This document shows positions 38,658 through 51,469 of a DNA stretch of 64,000 nucleotides, piece by piece. The first letter of the stretch is position 1. The number at the start of each line of letters is the position of its first letter. The stretch is from Felis catus (Eukaryota). The position numbers and the translations under genes are program-made. The notes under the pieces are model-generated. The model did no database searches, was not told where the DNA came from, and saw only the letters and a program-made list of their open reading frames with translations. The DNA is taken from NCBI RefSeq assembly GCF_018350175.1, contig NC_058368.1, forward strand, positions 102,302,001 to 102,366,000, given 5' to 3'.

Positions 38658-38902
38658 TGAAGCCGCCGGCTTCTCTGTCACCCAAGTAGGAGAAGAGCTA
38701 CAATCGCAGTTAAATGCATGGCCTTGGTAATGGCACGCATCACTTCGACTTGTTGCCCCTTGGCCAGGACTAGATAGACACAGGAAACAAGAGCAAGCTA
38801 TGAGCTCCCACACGCTCAGAAGGCCTAGACAACCAGATATGGGTTAACTCGTGGAAGTATCCAGCAAAAAAAGAATACAGAGATATTGGATGTAACTGCT
38901 CT

Positions 38903-39095
38903 CTTTTTTTAAAATATAATTTATTGTCAAGTTGGCTAACATACAGTGTATACAGTGTGCTCTTGGATTGGGGGGTAGATTCCCATGACTCATCACCTAC
39001 ATACAACACCCAGTGCTCCTCCCAACAGGTGCCCTCCTCAATGCCCCTCACCCACTTTCCCCTCTCCCCCTCCCCCATCCACCCTCAGTTTGTTC
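38903..39095 (-). mobile_element. 5'-truncated carnivore/felid L1 3' end
   Basis: T-tail followed by tataatttattgtcaagttggctaacatacagtgta...cccagtgctc...cctcctcaatgccc (L1 3' UTR, antisense). Confidence 0.8.
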
Positions 39096-40499
39096 TTACT
39101 AGAAAGATCATAGCTTATAATTAGTACCTTGCCTATCACATTCCAAATCTGTGTTGTGTCATATTTGTAGTCTTGCCTGTTTTACTCTTAATGCCTTGTG
39201 AGATCTTTGAGATTAGGAAACACATTTTATTCATTTTAATGCCCAAATGACTTTGAGTATAGTGAGTACCCTAGAAATACTGATCTAATTGAATGACACT
39301 GTCCTTTCTAAAACAATCATAGAAGTTTCCCTGCAATTTTGTGGTCCAGTTATCAGGTTGCACAATGCTTGGGAAATTATCCAATGCCTAGGCACACAGA
39401 AGTTATGGTGTGCACGTAAATGAAGAATTAAGAGTCCGGTCAGAATGCATCAGTAAACAGTGCTGAGTGTATTTTTCTAATTAAGGTATTTCATGTTTCG
39501 TTCTGTTTATAGCAGAAAATAAGAAAGTCAGTTTTAAAGAAGAGATGTGTGGTGCTATGAAAATAATACTAAACCCAAGCCTGGAAAATTGAGTTCTTGA
39601 CCTGACTCAGTCCTTCACTTGTATAGTCATATCCACTCACTCAGCCCCGGTTTCTTCATATGCAGAGTGACAGATTTGGAGCCCTGAATTCCTTTCCAAC
39701 TCACACATGCCATACTCTAAGAAATTTTTTCAGAAATTGTCTGGTGCTCGTGAAATAGATATGGTAATCTGTAGCATCCTCTTACCCCTCCTTCCTGAGC
39801 CTTCAGTAAGCTGCTCACCATTACCCTTGGTTATTCGACCTGGCTTCATCCCCCATGAGTATTTAACTGCTATTTCAGTATCCCAAATTCACACTAAGGC
39901 TTAATGTTCTTATTTTCTCTTGATGTAGGAATGAGCTAAGTCCTAAATAAATAGATCTTACTAAAGAGTCGTGATCTCCAGTATATGAAGCCTTTATGAC
40001 AAAGTTGCCTGCATCCTTTTATAGAAGCTAAAGGCACCAGATACCCCTCCCACTGAACAGTGGAAGCCAGCTTATTGACTATGTAGCCCAGAGTCAGCAG
40101 ATTAGATGCGCCTGTCCCAGGCTCTGAGTCCTAGCCTTGTAGCACCAAAGTACAAGAACTGCTTGGATTCATTTACAGCAGCAGTGATGATAGGAACATC
40201 ATCATTGATTGTAGCAGGTATGGCACTTGTCACTTCAGTAGCAGAGGCTCCGTCCCTTAGTACTGGGGACATCTGGCTACATCTGGCCAGGCTGCTTCTG
40301 CCAAAACATGGATGTGGTGCTTCCTGTTTCTTGACTCTCTTGGTTTATGTCCATTTTCCCAAGCCTGGCCCCTTTAATCTCCTGTCAATTCTGAAGCCTC
40401 AAGGAGCTTTACAAGAATATCTGCTTCAGACCACAGGAGATCACTTTTGCGCTGACGACTAAAAGATTCCAAACTGAGTCAGAGAGATCAGGAACAAAG

Positions 40500-41160
40500 T
40501 AAGAATGTTCCCTCTCCTTACTTTTTTTCAACATCACACTAGAAGTCTCTGCTAATGCAATGAAACAAGAAAAGCAAATAAAAGTATACAGAAATAAAAA
40601 TGTCTTTGTTCACATATCTATGTAGAAAATCCCAAAGAGCCAACAATAACAACAAAAACAAAAACAAAAACAACTCTTGGAATTACTACACAATTATAGC
40701 AAGAATACAGGATACAAGGCTAATTTACAAAAGCTGATTGCAATGAACAAGGAAAATTTCAAATGAATACCACTTATACCAAATACAATACCATTTATAT
40801 TAGCACCAAAAAAGAAAAGAAATACTTAATTACCCTATACTTAGGTATAAATCTAACAGGATATCTCTAAGACCTATATAAGAAAAACCACAAAACTCTG
40901 ACGGATTTGTACCTCTGACAGAGAGGTAGTCCATGTTCATGGATAGGGTGAATCAACATTGCCAAGATGTCAGTTCTTCCCAACTTGATCAATCCAATGG
41001 CAATCAAAATCCCAGCAACTTATTTTGTGGATATTGACAAAATATTCTAAAATTCATATGGAGAGGCAAAAGACCAAGAACAGCCAACACAATATTAAAG
41101 GGAAAGAACAGAGTTGGAGTACTGACATGACTCGACCTCAAGACTTACTACAAAGGTAAC
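40500..41160 (+). mobile_element. L1 ORF2 fragment (decayed)
   Basis: tttttcaacatc...ctagaagt, tatgtagaaaatcccaaaga, catgttcatggatagg, ctaaaattcatatgga motifs. Confidence 0.85.
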
Positions 41161-41224
41161 TGATTCAGAGGTTGTAGCTGAAAGTGAGTTTGCTACTCTA
41201 CCCAGAAAACTTTGTTTTTGTTGT

Positions 41225-41447
41225 TTTTTTTTTAAATTTTTTTCAACATTTATTTATTTTTGAGACAGAGAGAGACAGAGCATGAACGGGGGAGGGGCAG
41301 AGAGAGAGGGAGACACAGAATCTGAAACAGGCTCCAGGCTCCGAGCTGTCAGCACAGAGCCCGACGCGGGGCTCGAACTCACGGACCGCGAGATCGTGAC
41401 CTGAGCCGAAGTCGGCCGCTTAACCAACTGAGCCACCCAGGCACCCC
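41225..41447 (-). mobile_element. CAN-SINE
   Basis: Consensus-like body. Confidence 0.95.
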
Positions 41448-42678
41448 TTTTGTTGTTTTTTTAACCAAGACTGATTTGGCCAAGACTGATTTTAACCAAG
41501 CATTTTGTTTTTTACATAGTGTCAACAAATATACTACTATGTCATTTGATCCTCCCATTAACCCTAGAAGGGCACGGTATATAAAATATAAATATCTCAA
41601 ACTTAAGAGTGGTGAATCAAGGTTCTAAGTGACTAACTGATTTGACCAAGGTCAACAATTAAGTAAAAATCAGGATTCATAACCAGAAGTACTCACTCCT
41701 CCAAATCCATACCCTTTTTATTTTGTTGACTACCACCCTGTGCTCCTTTAAAAGAGGTGCTTTAATTCCAATAGCCCAACATAAAGAGGGGTTTTTTTTA
41801 TCATGACGTAGAAGGGAATGCCCCTGAAATTTCCCCCCAAAGACAGTCCCTTGTTTGCATGAATGTGAGTAACCACGAAGTTTATGTAACTCTAGTTCCA
41901 CATTTTAGTAACTTCACACTGGCTCTCTGGCAGTGTATGGATAGAAGAAAAATAAGTTCATGATCCTTAACACAGTCTATGTGGTGTAGTCACAGGAACC
42001 AAACGGATATTCTGATTTTGTCGGCTTAAAGAAATGTAAAAGTTCCTCTCACGTGTCAGCCTGCAACTTCTTCTTTGACCTTGTCCTACCTCCTCCCTCA
42101 TCCCACTGTTTTGACTCTCCTTGGATCTGTGTGGAGTAGGAATTTCAGGAGCACAGATTCTTCAAAACACAAAGAGCCTTCCTCTGCTTCCTCAATTCCC
42201 ACCAGTCCAGAGTCTGCCCTGCACACCCTTTTCTATCCTACACACTGATGTGGAGCTCTGCCTCTTAAAAGAATGAATGGGCCTCGAGCACCCTAAGATC
42301 TTCACACAGAAACCGTAGACAAAAAGTTACATGAGTTATGAAACTCCAAGGAGCGAGCTCAAAAGTCAGTGCCCTGGTTACAGGCAGCCTGCAAGGATCA
42401 GATCAAACCTGGGACCACGAGGTTGATTCAGCCCGCCATTCGAGCACCAGGATGGCTGAAGGTGGCTGCGGTCAAAAGGTGGTTTCAGTGATACCAGGAT
42501 TACATGCATATTCCTTTACCTCTTTACACACAATTGGGCCACTAGAACCTAAAAGCAAACGTTCAATTACTGGGGCATTCCATTCATTAGTAGAAGAAGT
42601 AACGGTAAGGAGGACCATCCTCGGGGATTAAAGAGGGCCTAAGAGCTATGTGGAGCTCACCTAAGAAGTATGTGAAAA

Positions 42679-42896
42679 GGGGCGCCTGGGTGGCGCAGTC
42701 AGTTAAGCCTCCGACTTCAGCTCAGGTCACGATCTCACGGTCCGTGAGCTCGAGCCCCGCGTCGGGCTCTGGGCTGATGGCTCAGAGCCTGGAGCCTGCT
42801 TCCGATTCTGTGTCTCCCTCTCTCTCTGCCCCTCCCCCATTCATGCTCTGTCTCTCTCTGTCTCAAAAATAAATAAACGTTAAAAAAAAAAAAAAA
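42679..42896 (+). mobile_element. CAN-SINE
   Basis: TSD aagaagtatgtgaaa. Confidence 0.95.
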
Positions 42897-44108
42897 GAAG
42901 TATGTGAAAGAAGAGACCAGCGGCACGCAATTCTAGTTCTTGTTCCAGTTCACTGTAGCCAGAGGACACCTCCTGCAAAACCTCATGAAGGAAACCTGCC
43001 CTCTGTCACCCACTGGGTTTTGTGAACAGCCCTGCTTTGCTCCTTATCAGGGCGAGTGACAACACACTTAAAATGGACATGAGTCTAGGGGGTCAAAGGG
43101 GTGTAAACATTCGCATTCGTTTCGTACACGCAACGTTCCAAGAACCAGATCCCAGGATTCAAAGGAAAGATAATGACAGCTACAAAGAAAAAAGGTAGGC
43201 GGGCCACATCGTTGGTGCCGGCCATATGAATGGAAGAGAGACAAAGGTAAGAACCCCGAGTGTGAATCTTTGAGAAGCCTGTAAGCGTTCTTCCGTTAGA
43301 TCTGCCAAAAAGATTCACTCGGCCAGTCAACGTGTCGGGTTGCAGACTACAGAATCCCTTACAGGTAATATAAAGAGAAACAGGACTATTACAAGACGGA
43401 AGAGAACTGACAAAGCCACTGGAGGATTTGAAACCACAGGCTCGAAACTGAACTTTCAAGGAGCAGCTTCAGAGGAGTGGCATGGTAAAGGGCTTGGTTA
43501 CAGTACGAGCCTCTGGCAATCAGGAACCACTGACCCAAGAGGCTGCTTGTGCATCTGCCGGCACCAGAACCACCATGTTCTGTCCTACCTGCTTAGATCC
43601 CCATGCACCTAGACACCTCCTTTTGTGCTCTTTTCCTCCTTCCAAATCTCAATGAACTGCGTTCCCTTGCAGCATAGAGGTCAGAGGCGCACCTAACTGA
43701 AAGGCAATCTATCTGCCAGATGTTTCCAGCTTTCCAAGTTGACGTGTCTGGAAGGAGTAGATCTCAAATGAGACAGTCAGCAGGATCTGCCACATTGACC
43801 TCTGTTACTCCTGCCCGTCGGTCTCTAAACCAAAGGCGAGGTTACGGGCTTGTCACAAAGTAATGTGCCTGTTCCTGGGAAACAGCCATCCAGATTTTAT
43901 CTTCAACAGACCAGTCAAGCTCCCGTTGGAATTCCCTTCCACTTCAGGCAAAGATCAGGAGGGAAAAAAATGGCAAGAAAACCGTCTCCAGAAGCAAACA
44001 GGAGGCCTTATCCAGGAAGGGCCTCCCTCCTGGATTTTCTGGAGATGGGGACGGGCATAAAGAGAAGAACAGAAAACTCTCTCAAGTTCATAAAAGAGAG
44101 TTCTGTGC

Positions 44109-44654
44109 GGGGCACCTGGGTGGCGCAGTCGGTTGAGCGTCCGACTTCGGCCAGGTCACGATCCGGGTGGCGCAGTCGGTTGAGTGTCCGACTTCAGCTC
44201 AGGTCACGATCTCGCGGTCCACGAGTTCGAGCCCCGCGTGGGGCTCTGGGCTGACGGCTCGGAGCCTGGAGCCTGTTTCCGATTCTGTGTCTCCCTCTCT
44301 CTCTGACCCTCCCCCATTCATGCTCTGTCTCTCTCTGTCCCAAAAATAAATAAACGTTGAAAAAAAAATTTTTTAATAAAATAAAATAAAATAAAATAAA
44401 ATAAAATAAAATAAAATGTATCCAATAAGGGGCTCCTGGGTGGCGCAGTCGGTTAAGCATCCGACTTCAGCCAAGTCACGATCTCGCGGTCCGTGAGTTC
44501 GAGCCCCGCGTCAGGCTCTGGGCAGATGGCTCGAAGCCTGGAGCCTGTTTCCGATTCTGTGTCTCCCTCTCTCTCTGCCCCTCCCCCGTTCATGCTCTGT
44601 CTCTCTCTGTCCCAAAAATAAATAAACGTCAAAAAAAAATTAAAAAAAAAAAAA
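44109..44654 (+). mobile_element. Composite SINE: duplicated head + SINE + (TAAAA)n + second SINE inside one TSD
   Basis: TSD aaaagagagttctgt at 44092-44106 and 44651-44665. Confidence 0.9.
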
Positions 44655-46635
44655 GAGAGTTCTGTTCAATACTCAAGGCATAGCAAAACCTTGATCCCAG
44701 AGGCAGGACTTTTCGCTAGGTGTTCGGAGAATTCAGTAACAAGGCCACCTGACTGGCAGGATCCCTTTTAAACGCCTAAAACAGGCATGTGGAAATACGC
44801 CAGGTGTGCAAAGGGGAGGGAAGCTTGGCGTCAGGGGAGCAAGAAGACCGGGAAGGAGAGAAGCTGAGCTTACGTGATTTGTGCCTAATCTAGACTCAGG
44901 TATCTGGCTTCCACTTGGTCTGAGGCGGTCTTCCAGACACACAACCATCATGGCATTGTCCTCACACGGAGCTACCTGGTTATTTTCCTTCTGCCCCCCG
45001 ACCTTGTGTGCTCCAGTATTCCCACGATTAACAGGACCTAAGTGACAAATGAATGGCTTTCCCACATGAAGCTTCAGGAGCTATTTGTTTGCTTACTTCT
45101 TTTACTGCCTTCATCAAAGACCTGCAGCAACGACACAAATCCCAGCATTAATTCTCATGAAAATTCATAACAACTCTGGATATTGTCATCGCTGAGGGAA
45201 GCCGGACACGTGACTCTGAGCATTGCCCTGGCCTTTCAAATACAGTTGACCCGCTGCTAATCGTGGTTGTTAGTCATTAAACCAGAGTGATCGCAAAGTA
45301 ATGTGTCCGTTAATTGGAAATTAGAATCCTAAACTAAAGCTGCCTTCATCTCCGAAATCACAAGAATCCGGATGGGAAGCAAGCCTCCGCCAAAGCTGCT
45401 GTGGGGAAACCATGAAATTCAAAATGACACTGGCACGCCAGACACATCGTTGGCCCGCTTTTTGTCAAGAAGGATCAGAAGAGATCTAATTTCCCATTTG
45501 CAAGGGTGAGTTCTCCTGCTCACAGGAAGACTCCAGAAACAAAACTGCAAGGTGGAAACGAGAATAATCTATTGTACTTTGAAATCATCTCTTCCCGGAA
45601 TGCAATTCATCTAAAAATTCAAGGAACTGGAGCAAAATAGATGGTCTAGGTGGGCCCCCCAAGAGCTGTCAAGGGCCACTTAACCTCAGTGCGACTTCCG
45701 TGTGTAGAAAAACACCAGGACTTGAACACGGGCTAATGATGAAGCAAGGTCAGGTCCTGAAAGCCACATGCTATTACTACTGTCCCTTCCGAGACCATGC
45801 ACACCTCTCCTAATCACAGGAATGCTGGGAGGATCACTTTCCTTACCACCAGGAACTCTTGGAGCTTCACCCTGGCCATGACTCGGTCCACAGGAGATGA
45901 CAAAGGACAGTATAGATGGAAGAGTGGTGCGTCCCTTGGCAGGGACGGCATAGCCCTCGCTAAAATGAACTGCCTCCACCTGGGGCCAGCATGGCCGTCC
46001 TCTCGGACACTCTCCTGAGTGCTTTGACTATGTGTCACTCTTGACTTCTTCATCTTCCCTCTTTTCTGTGGGAAGAGAAGTTTCTGTGGCTCCCTGTGTT
46101 GCTGCCCACCTGCTCAGTCTTTGGAGCCACCTGCAATGCTTTGCCTTTGACATCTACATCCTCCCAACGCCAACCTGCTGGGTTCTTCCCAGAGACTTTC
46201 GTTACAAGCCCTGCTATCTATTCATACTGATCTTCTCACCTGGAGCTCTGGCCCTCCTGTTCTTTTTCTTTACCATAAGCCTTCTCCTCCCTGTTTTGAG
46301 CTCACCCCTAGGAATTCCATCACGACGCCAACCTGCCCAGAGGGCATGTCCTGACTTTGGTCTCTCACTGCGCATTAAAATCCCCACCTACCTGCACTAT
46401 TTCTCGGAGTGATTTGTCATCTTGCTTAACTGATAACATTTCTCAGCGACATAAGGATGTGACCATTACTTAAAAACAGCTTACGCTATTCTGGATTGAG
46501 TACCTGGTGATGAATACAAGTAAAATCAAATAAAGCTATGAGCTAGATGCTCATCCCATCCACACATGCCGTGAGGTTTTGATAGACAAGACGGATCTCT
46601 AAGAAAACTTGTGTTTTAAAGATTCGGTGATTTGA

Positions 46636-46850
46636 GGAACCTGGGTGGCTCAGTTGGTTTAACGTCCCACTTGGGCACAGGTCATGATCTCACAGTTTGT
46701 GAGTTTGAGCCCCGCGTCGGGCTCTGGGCTGACAGCTCATGAGCCTGGAGCCTGCTTCGGACTCTGTCTCCGTCTCTCTCTCTCTCTGTCCCTGCCCAGC
46801 TCACACTCTGTCTCTCTCGCTTTCAAAAATAAGCAAACATTTAAAAAAAT
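46636..46850 (+). mobile_element. CAN-SINE
   Basis: TSD taaagatt.ggtgatt. Confidence 0.92.
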
Positions 46851-47547
46851 TAAAGATTTGGTGATTCAAGGATATGCTAAGAAGTCAGATTGCTTTTCCT
46901 TGTTTATACTAGCGTTTATACTAGCGCCAAAATAGAAGCTCCATTCTCAGGCTCAGGCATGAGACTAAGAACTACCCCCTTTTGTGCCACCTGGCCTCAT
47001 CTAACTGCAAAGAGAGCTGGGAAATAGAATGCATCTGGACAGTCATTGTGCAGCTTCCAGAATTGTGAAAGACATGGAAAAGTGCTTTTAATGGATGGCT
47101 AACGGTGTTCTCCAAAACTTCCTACCTACTTGGTACCAAATGTGTCAGTAATAGTGACTTTCCTGTATGCCTTTCACAGGGTTACAAATGCTAAATCTTC
47201 TTGCGTGAACTCACCCCCTCTCCTTATGCAGTTGATAGGATTTAAATTTTTTTTTTTTTTTATACCAGTTCATCCTTTGTCCTCCATCCAATTCCCAGTG
47301 CAGTAGGTACAGCTTCACGTTTTCCCTCCACGGTCTCACATTTTCCACTGGAAAATGGCTTTTGAAACCAGTGTGATTTCAGGGTGGCCCACGGGCAGTA
47401 AGTAATGCTTTTAAAAGCCTTCCATTCCATTTTTACACATAAGCAGGCAGCTTCCAAGATGGCGACCCAAACTTACCACAAGTGAGATGATTACATTCAA
47501 CACCTAGAGCACTGCTGAGTCTCAGCAGGCTAGGCTTCAAAGCTTAC

Positions 47548-47599
47548 CTTCTGCAGGCGCTTCAGTCTGTTTTACCTCTAACTCTAAAAATCATGTCTT
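47548..47599 (-). pseudogene. Pseudo-exon H
   Basis: tttcctttcAG| acceptor, AAG|GTAAGC donor; 52 nt, phase 0->1; KT*FLELEVKQTEAPAE. A second strong donor at 47477 (GTG|GTAAGT) could extend it to 123 nt. Confidence 0.55.
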
Positions 47600-47804
47600 C
47601 TGAAAGGAAATCTGGAGAATCAGGAAGGCTTTTTTGTCTTTCCACCTCAGACCAGCCCGAGTGTTTTATGGCATCCCATGTGCTAACTCAGCCATCCAAG
47701 TATTGGAACAAGCTCTAAGGATTAAGAAATCAGGTTGGAGGCAATCTGTAGCATCATGCAGTATTTACTGCCAGGCAGCTTATATCAAATGTGCCAGTGG
47801 GGGG

Positions 47805-47845
<41 letters not shown>

Positions 47846-48588
47846 CAGCACATCTATTATAGAAAACAAATCCTGGAAGAGAGATGAAGGGGGCAGGGAG
47901 GAACTAAGACATTGCCAACATTTTAAATAGCTCTGCATGATACATAGTGCTCTGTACCAAGAAAAAAGGAGAAATCGTGAGGTTCAGTAAAAGCAGCAAC
48001 GTTTCGAAATGAGTCAGAAGTGGAAGAACCGAGGGGGCAAAAAATGGTCTCATGACGCTTTGGTCAAAACCCCAAGGACCCATTACAGGAGGTCTCGCCG
48101 TTTAGTAGAGAATGCCTCTAGCCATCCCGGGAGAACATGAGTGTGGCAGGGTCCTAAACTCCCTGGAAACACATCCTGAGTTGAGTAAAATCTGGGAACT
48201 TGCAGCATTCTTGCTCCCCAAAAGTTCAAGAAGCCACACTAAAAATTCAGTAATATTTGATTTCGAACGTCGGTTCCTAGAGCATTAGCAATTCACCTGT
48301 GACCAGGACGATGACACCACATGATCTGCTCACCCCCCAAGCCCCTGGAACTTTCCCATGACCCTGGGACAGTGGTGAATTACAGCTCAAGCAACAGCTG
48401 GTACTGAATTTTCGGCTGGACCAATGGCCTAAGACCTCAGAGGTATACTTAATTTAGGAAAGCAAGTTAGGATGGCATTTCTTACACATCCATGTTTAGA
48501 ATAAAGATTCGTACGCGCTAAGACAGAAATCAAATAGTGGACTCTCACTGGTGCCCTGGGGAGTTCTCTTTGCCTTGCATTTACTTAC

Positions 48589-48671
48589 CAGTTTTGGATT
48601 TTCACAATAATAAGCTAACTTCCCTAGGTGACTCGAGGCGAAAGAATTGGCCTGAACGCACCAAGCTAGAC
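48589..48671 (-). pseudogene. Pseudo-exon G
   Basis: tcttctcAG| acceptor, CTG|GTAAGT donor; 83 nt, phase 1->0, open: GLAWCVQANSFASSHLGKLAYYCENPKL. Confidence 0.65.
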
Positions 48672-49899
48672 CTGAGAAGATCCATGGCTGGCCTGAGAGC
48701 GACACCACCTTCGAAAGTGAACAAAGTCAATGTTTAAAACAGGCACCCAGACAAATATTACCAAGAGAACTCCCAATTCCAGATTGAAATGTGCATCTTC
48801 TACGACGTGGGAGACCATGGCCAGCTTTTCTTTTCTTCGTCAGTGGTTTTCAAAATATTCTCCGAGCAGCCCTATACACTCTGCTAGCTGCTTTCGGGTG
48901 GGTGCAGGGGGCCCGGATGGGGTCCCAGAGCTTGACTCTCCCTCCCCACCCGGGCTCTAAGTGCCACAGCCCTGCTCTTCTGTATTGGACTCTGGGTATA
49001 GCTTGTGGTTCGTGTGGTTTCGTTGCACAGAAAGTTCTGCTGCTCAAACAGGACTGTAAACCGCTTGTACACACGGTTATTTACAAAGAAAAAAAGAAAC
49101 TAAAAAGGTTTCTTCCAAACCCCTTCATCGCTGGTGGCCCCAAGAGTGATAAATCAAGTCACTAGACAATCATTTCTGAGCCTGCCAAGGAAGCGTGTTT
49201 ACATTAAACGGTGTTAAGACTTGCGGCTTAACTCAGTTCATTTTTACTTGCCTTTATATTGAGATTTCCATTCTAGTTTCATATCCAAATGTCAAACAGT
49301 AATAAGGATTTCATCTGAAAAGATATATGGTTTGTTTGAAAATCTGTACAATGCTCTGACAGCAGGAGAGTGTTGCGTATATAATTCTCACAATTTAGTG
49401 AGAAGCTAACGCGCTATATACATTTATCTCTAGCGTGCGCGTAAGCTTTGAAAAGCGAAAGAATCCCATCTGCCTGCCGAACAGAGATTAGAGGAGATAG
49501 ATTCAAATGCTGGTTTTCATCATTCTTATTTAATAAGCAAGAACACACAACTGGAAACATCTCCAGCGCCTTCTTATATTACACGGAGGTGCACGCTCTT
49601 TGTCTTAGTCACAATGCTTCCAGCGTGCCGTGAAACAAATTTGCTAAAACATAGTCACCCGCCCCTACATCGAGTCTTTGTTCATTTTTGCCAATAACGT
49701 CAGGCTTTTCTGCAAGGTTTCAGGGAAGCACCAGTGGAGAAAAGAGGCTATGAAAACTCTAGTTTAGAAGAGCCCGAGCGTCCTAATTTTCTTAGCATAA
49801 AACGTGAGGAGAAAGTTAGGAAGTCGTTTGGACTCCGTCACTAGCTGAGCACCACAAGGGTGTGCCTGAAAGTGGCACCCTCTTGGGTCACGTGGCTAC

Positions 49900-50690
49900 T
49901 GCCGCATCTGTCCCGTGACCTGAGAAATGGTTCCATCAAACCCCTCATTTCTCAAGCTCCGAAACTCAGCCTGCCTCCCATTCCTGGTCTTTTCTACCTT
50001 TCCATCCAGTTAGGCGCCACAGCCTGTTCCATTCTCCTGCCTAAACGTCCCTCCAGTTATTTTGTGCCCCACACTACCTCACCCCCCAGGGCCACTGCCC
50101 TCATGGAGGCCCGTGTCATGTATTAACCAGACCACTAGAACAGCTTCTGATTAGTATTTCTACCCCTCACCTCTACTCCTTTCCATTCACAGGCCACATT
50201 TACAAAAAGATGCTCTTTCTAAATCGCAAAGCAGGCTTCTGCTCATAATCTTCTCCCGGTTTCCCACTGCCTTCAGAATAAATGGCCAAGTCCGTCACAC
50301 CACACACAAAGGAGGGTGACGCTTGCCTACTTTCCCAGTCTTATCTTCCGTCACCCCCCACACATGGATGTTCCCCGTGGCCGGCATTCCCCTCGGCTCT
50401 GGGATGACGCCTCACCTTTGACACCTCCGGGCAGGCTTACTCTCTTGAGAAAAGACTTTCTCTGCTTTGGCCATTTAGCAGAAACGTCACTCACCCTCCA
50501 AGACTCGCTTCAAATGCCACGTTCCCTAAGAAATCCCTTTAGATTGCAACACGCTTTAGGTCCCAACACGCTTGAATTGTTCGTTCATATGTCCACCTTC
50601 CCAGTGCCTCAGGATTCTCTCCAGGACAGGTGCTATGAGGTCATCAGTACATTCTGCCCAGTCCAGCATCTGGCATAAAACAACGAGCCC
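49900..50690 (+). mobile_element. L2 fragment
   Basis: actgccctcatggaggcccg, ttctaaatcgcaaa, cccactgccttcagaataaa motifs. Confidence 0.65.
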
Positions 50691-50896
50691 TCAAACGCGG
50701 CCATATTGATGGTGTAACTGTCTGCAGAAAATTTCACTAGTTGAGGAGCCAGGAGTCCAACCTCCTACTGACTTTGTTGCAACACTTGATTCACCCTCAT
50801 TGAGGCCCAGGATTTTTGAAAACAAATCTGTGGCACTAAATGGTTAAATGGGCTCTGAGTTTCTTTCCAGCTTCAAAATAAAATTCTACAACTCTA

Positions 50897-51345
50897 GGGG
50901 CACCGGGGGGGGCTCAGTCGGTTAAGCGGCCGACTTCGGCTCAGGTCATGATCTCGCGGTTCGTGAATTCAAGCCCCGCGTCGGGCTCTGTGCTGACAGC
51001 TCAGAGCCTGGAGCCTGTTTCAGATTCTGTGTCTCCCTCTCTCTCTCTGACCCTCCCCGTTCATGCTCTGTCTCTTTCTGTCTCAAAAATAAATAAATGT
51101 TAAAAAAAAAAGACTGTGGGGGGCCTGGGTGGCGCAGTCGGTTAAGCGTCCGACTTCAGCCAGGTCACGATCTCGCGGTCCGTGAGTTCGAGCCCCGCGT
51201 CAGGCTCTGGGCTGATGGCTCAGAGCCTGGAGCCTGTTTCCGATTCTGTGTCTCCCTCTCTCTCTGCCCCTCCCCCGTTCATGCTCTGCCTCTCTCTGTC
51301 CCAAAAATAAATAAACGTTGGGAAAAAAAATTAAAAAAAAAAAAA
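50897..51345 (+). mobile_element. Nested CAN-SINE pair (50897-51110 outer, 51118-51345 inner)
   Basis: Outer TSD ataaaattctacaactcta; inner TSD aaaaaaaagactgt. Confidence 0.93.
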
Positions 51346-51469
51346 GACTGTATAAAATTCTACAACTCTATGAACTCTAGGGCTGTGGGAATGACCATTT
51401 CTTTCCTTAAGAAGGACTCTGATGCAGCAAAAGCAGTTCAGAGAGGGAAGTTCTTAGTGATATAGGCCC

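Noticed and set aside
47477..47503. VECNHLTC resembles a GPS autoproteolysis motif (CxCxHLT)
   Set aside because: Lacks the first Cys and the following F/hydrophobic TM segment; as a separate exon it would need a 44-nt intron.
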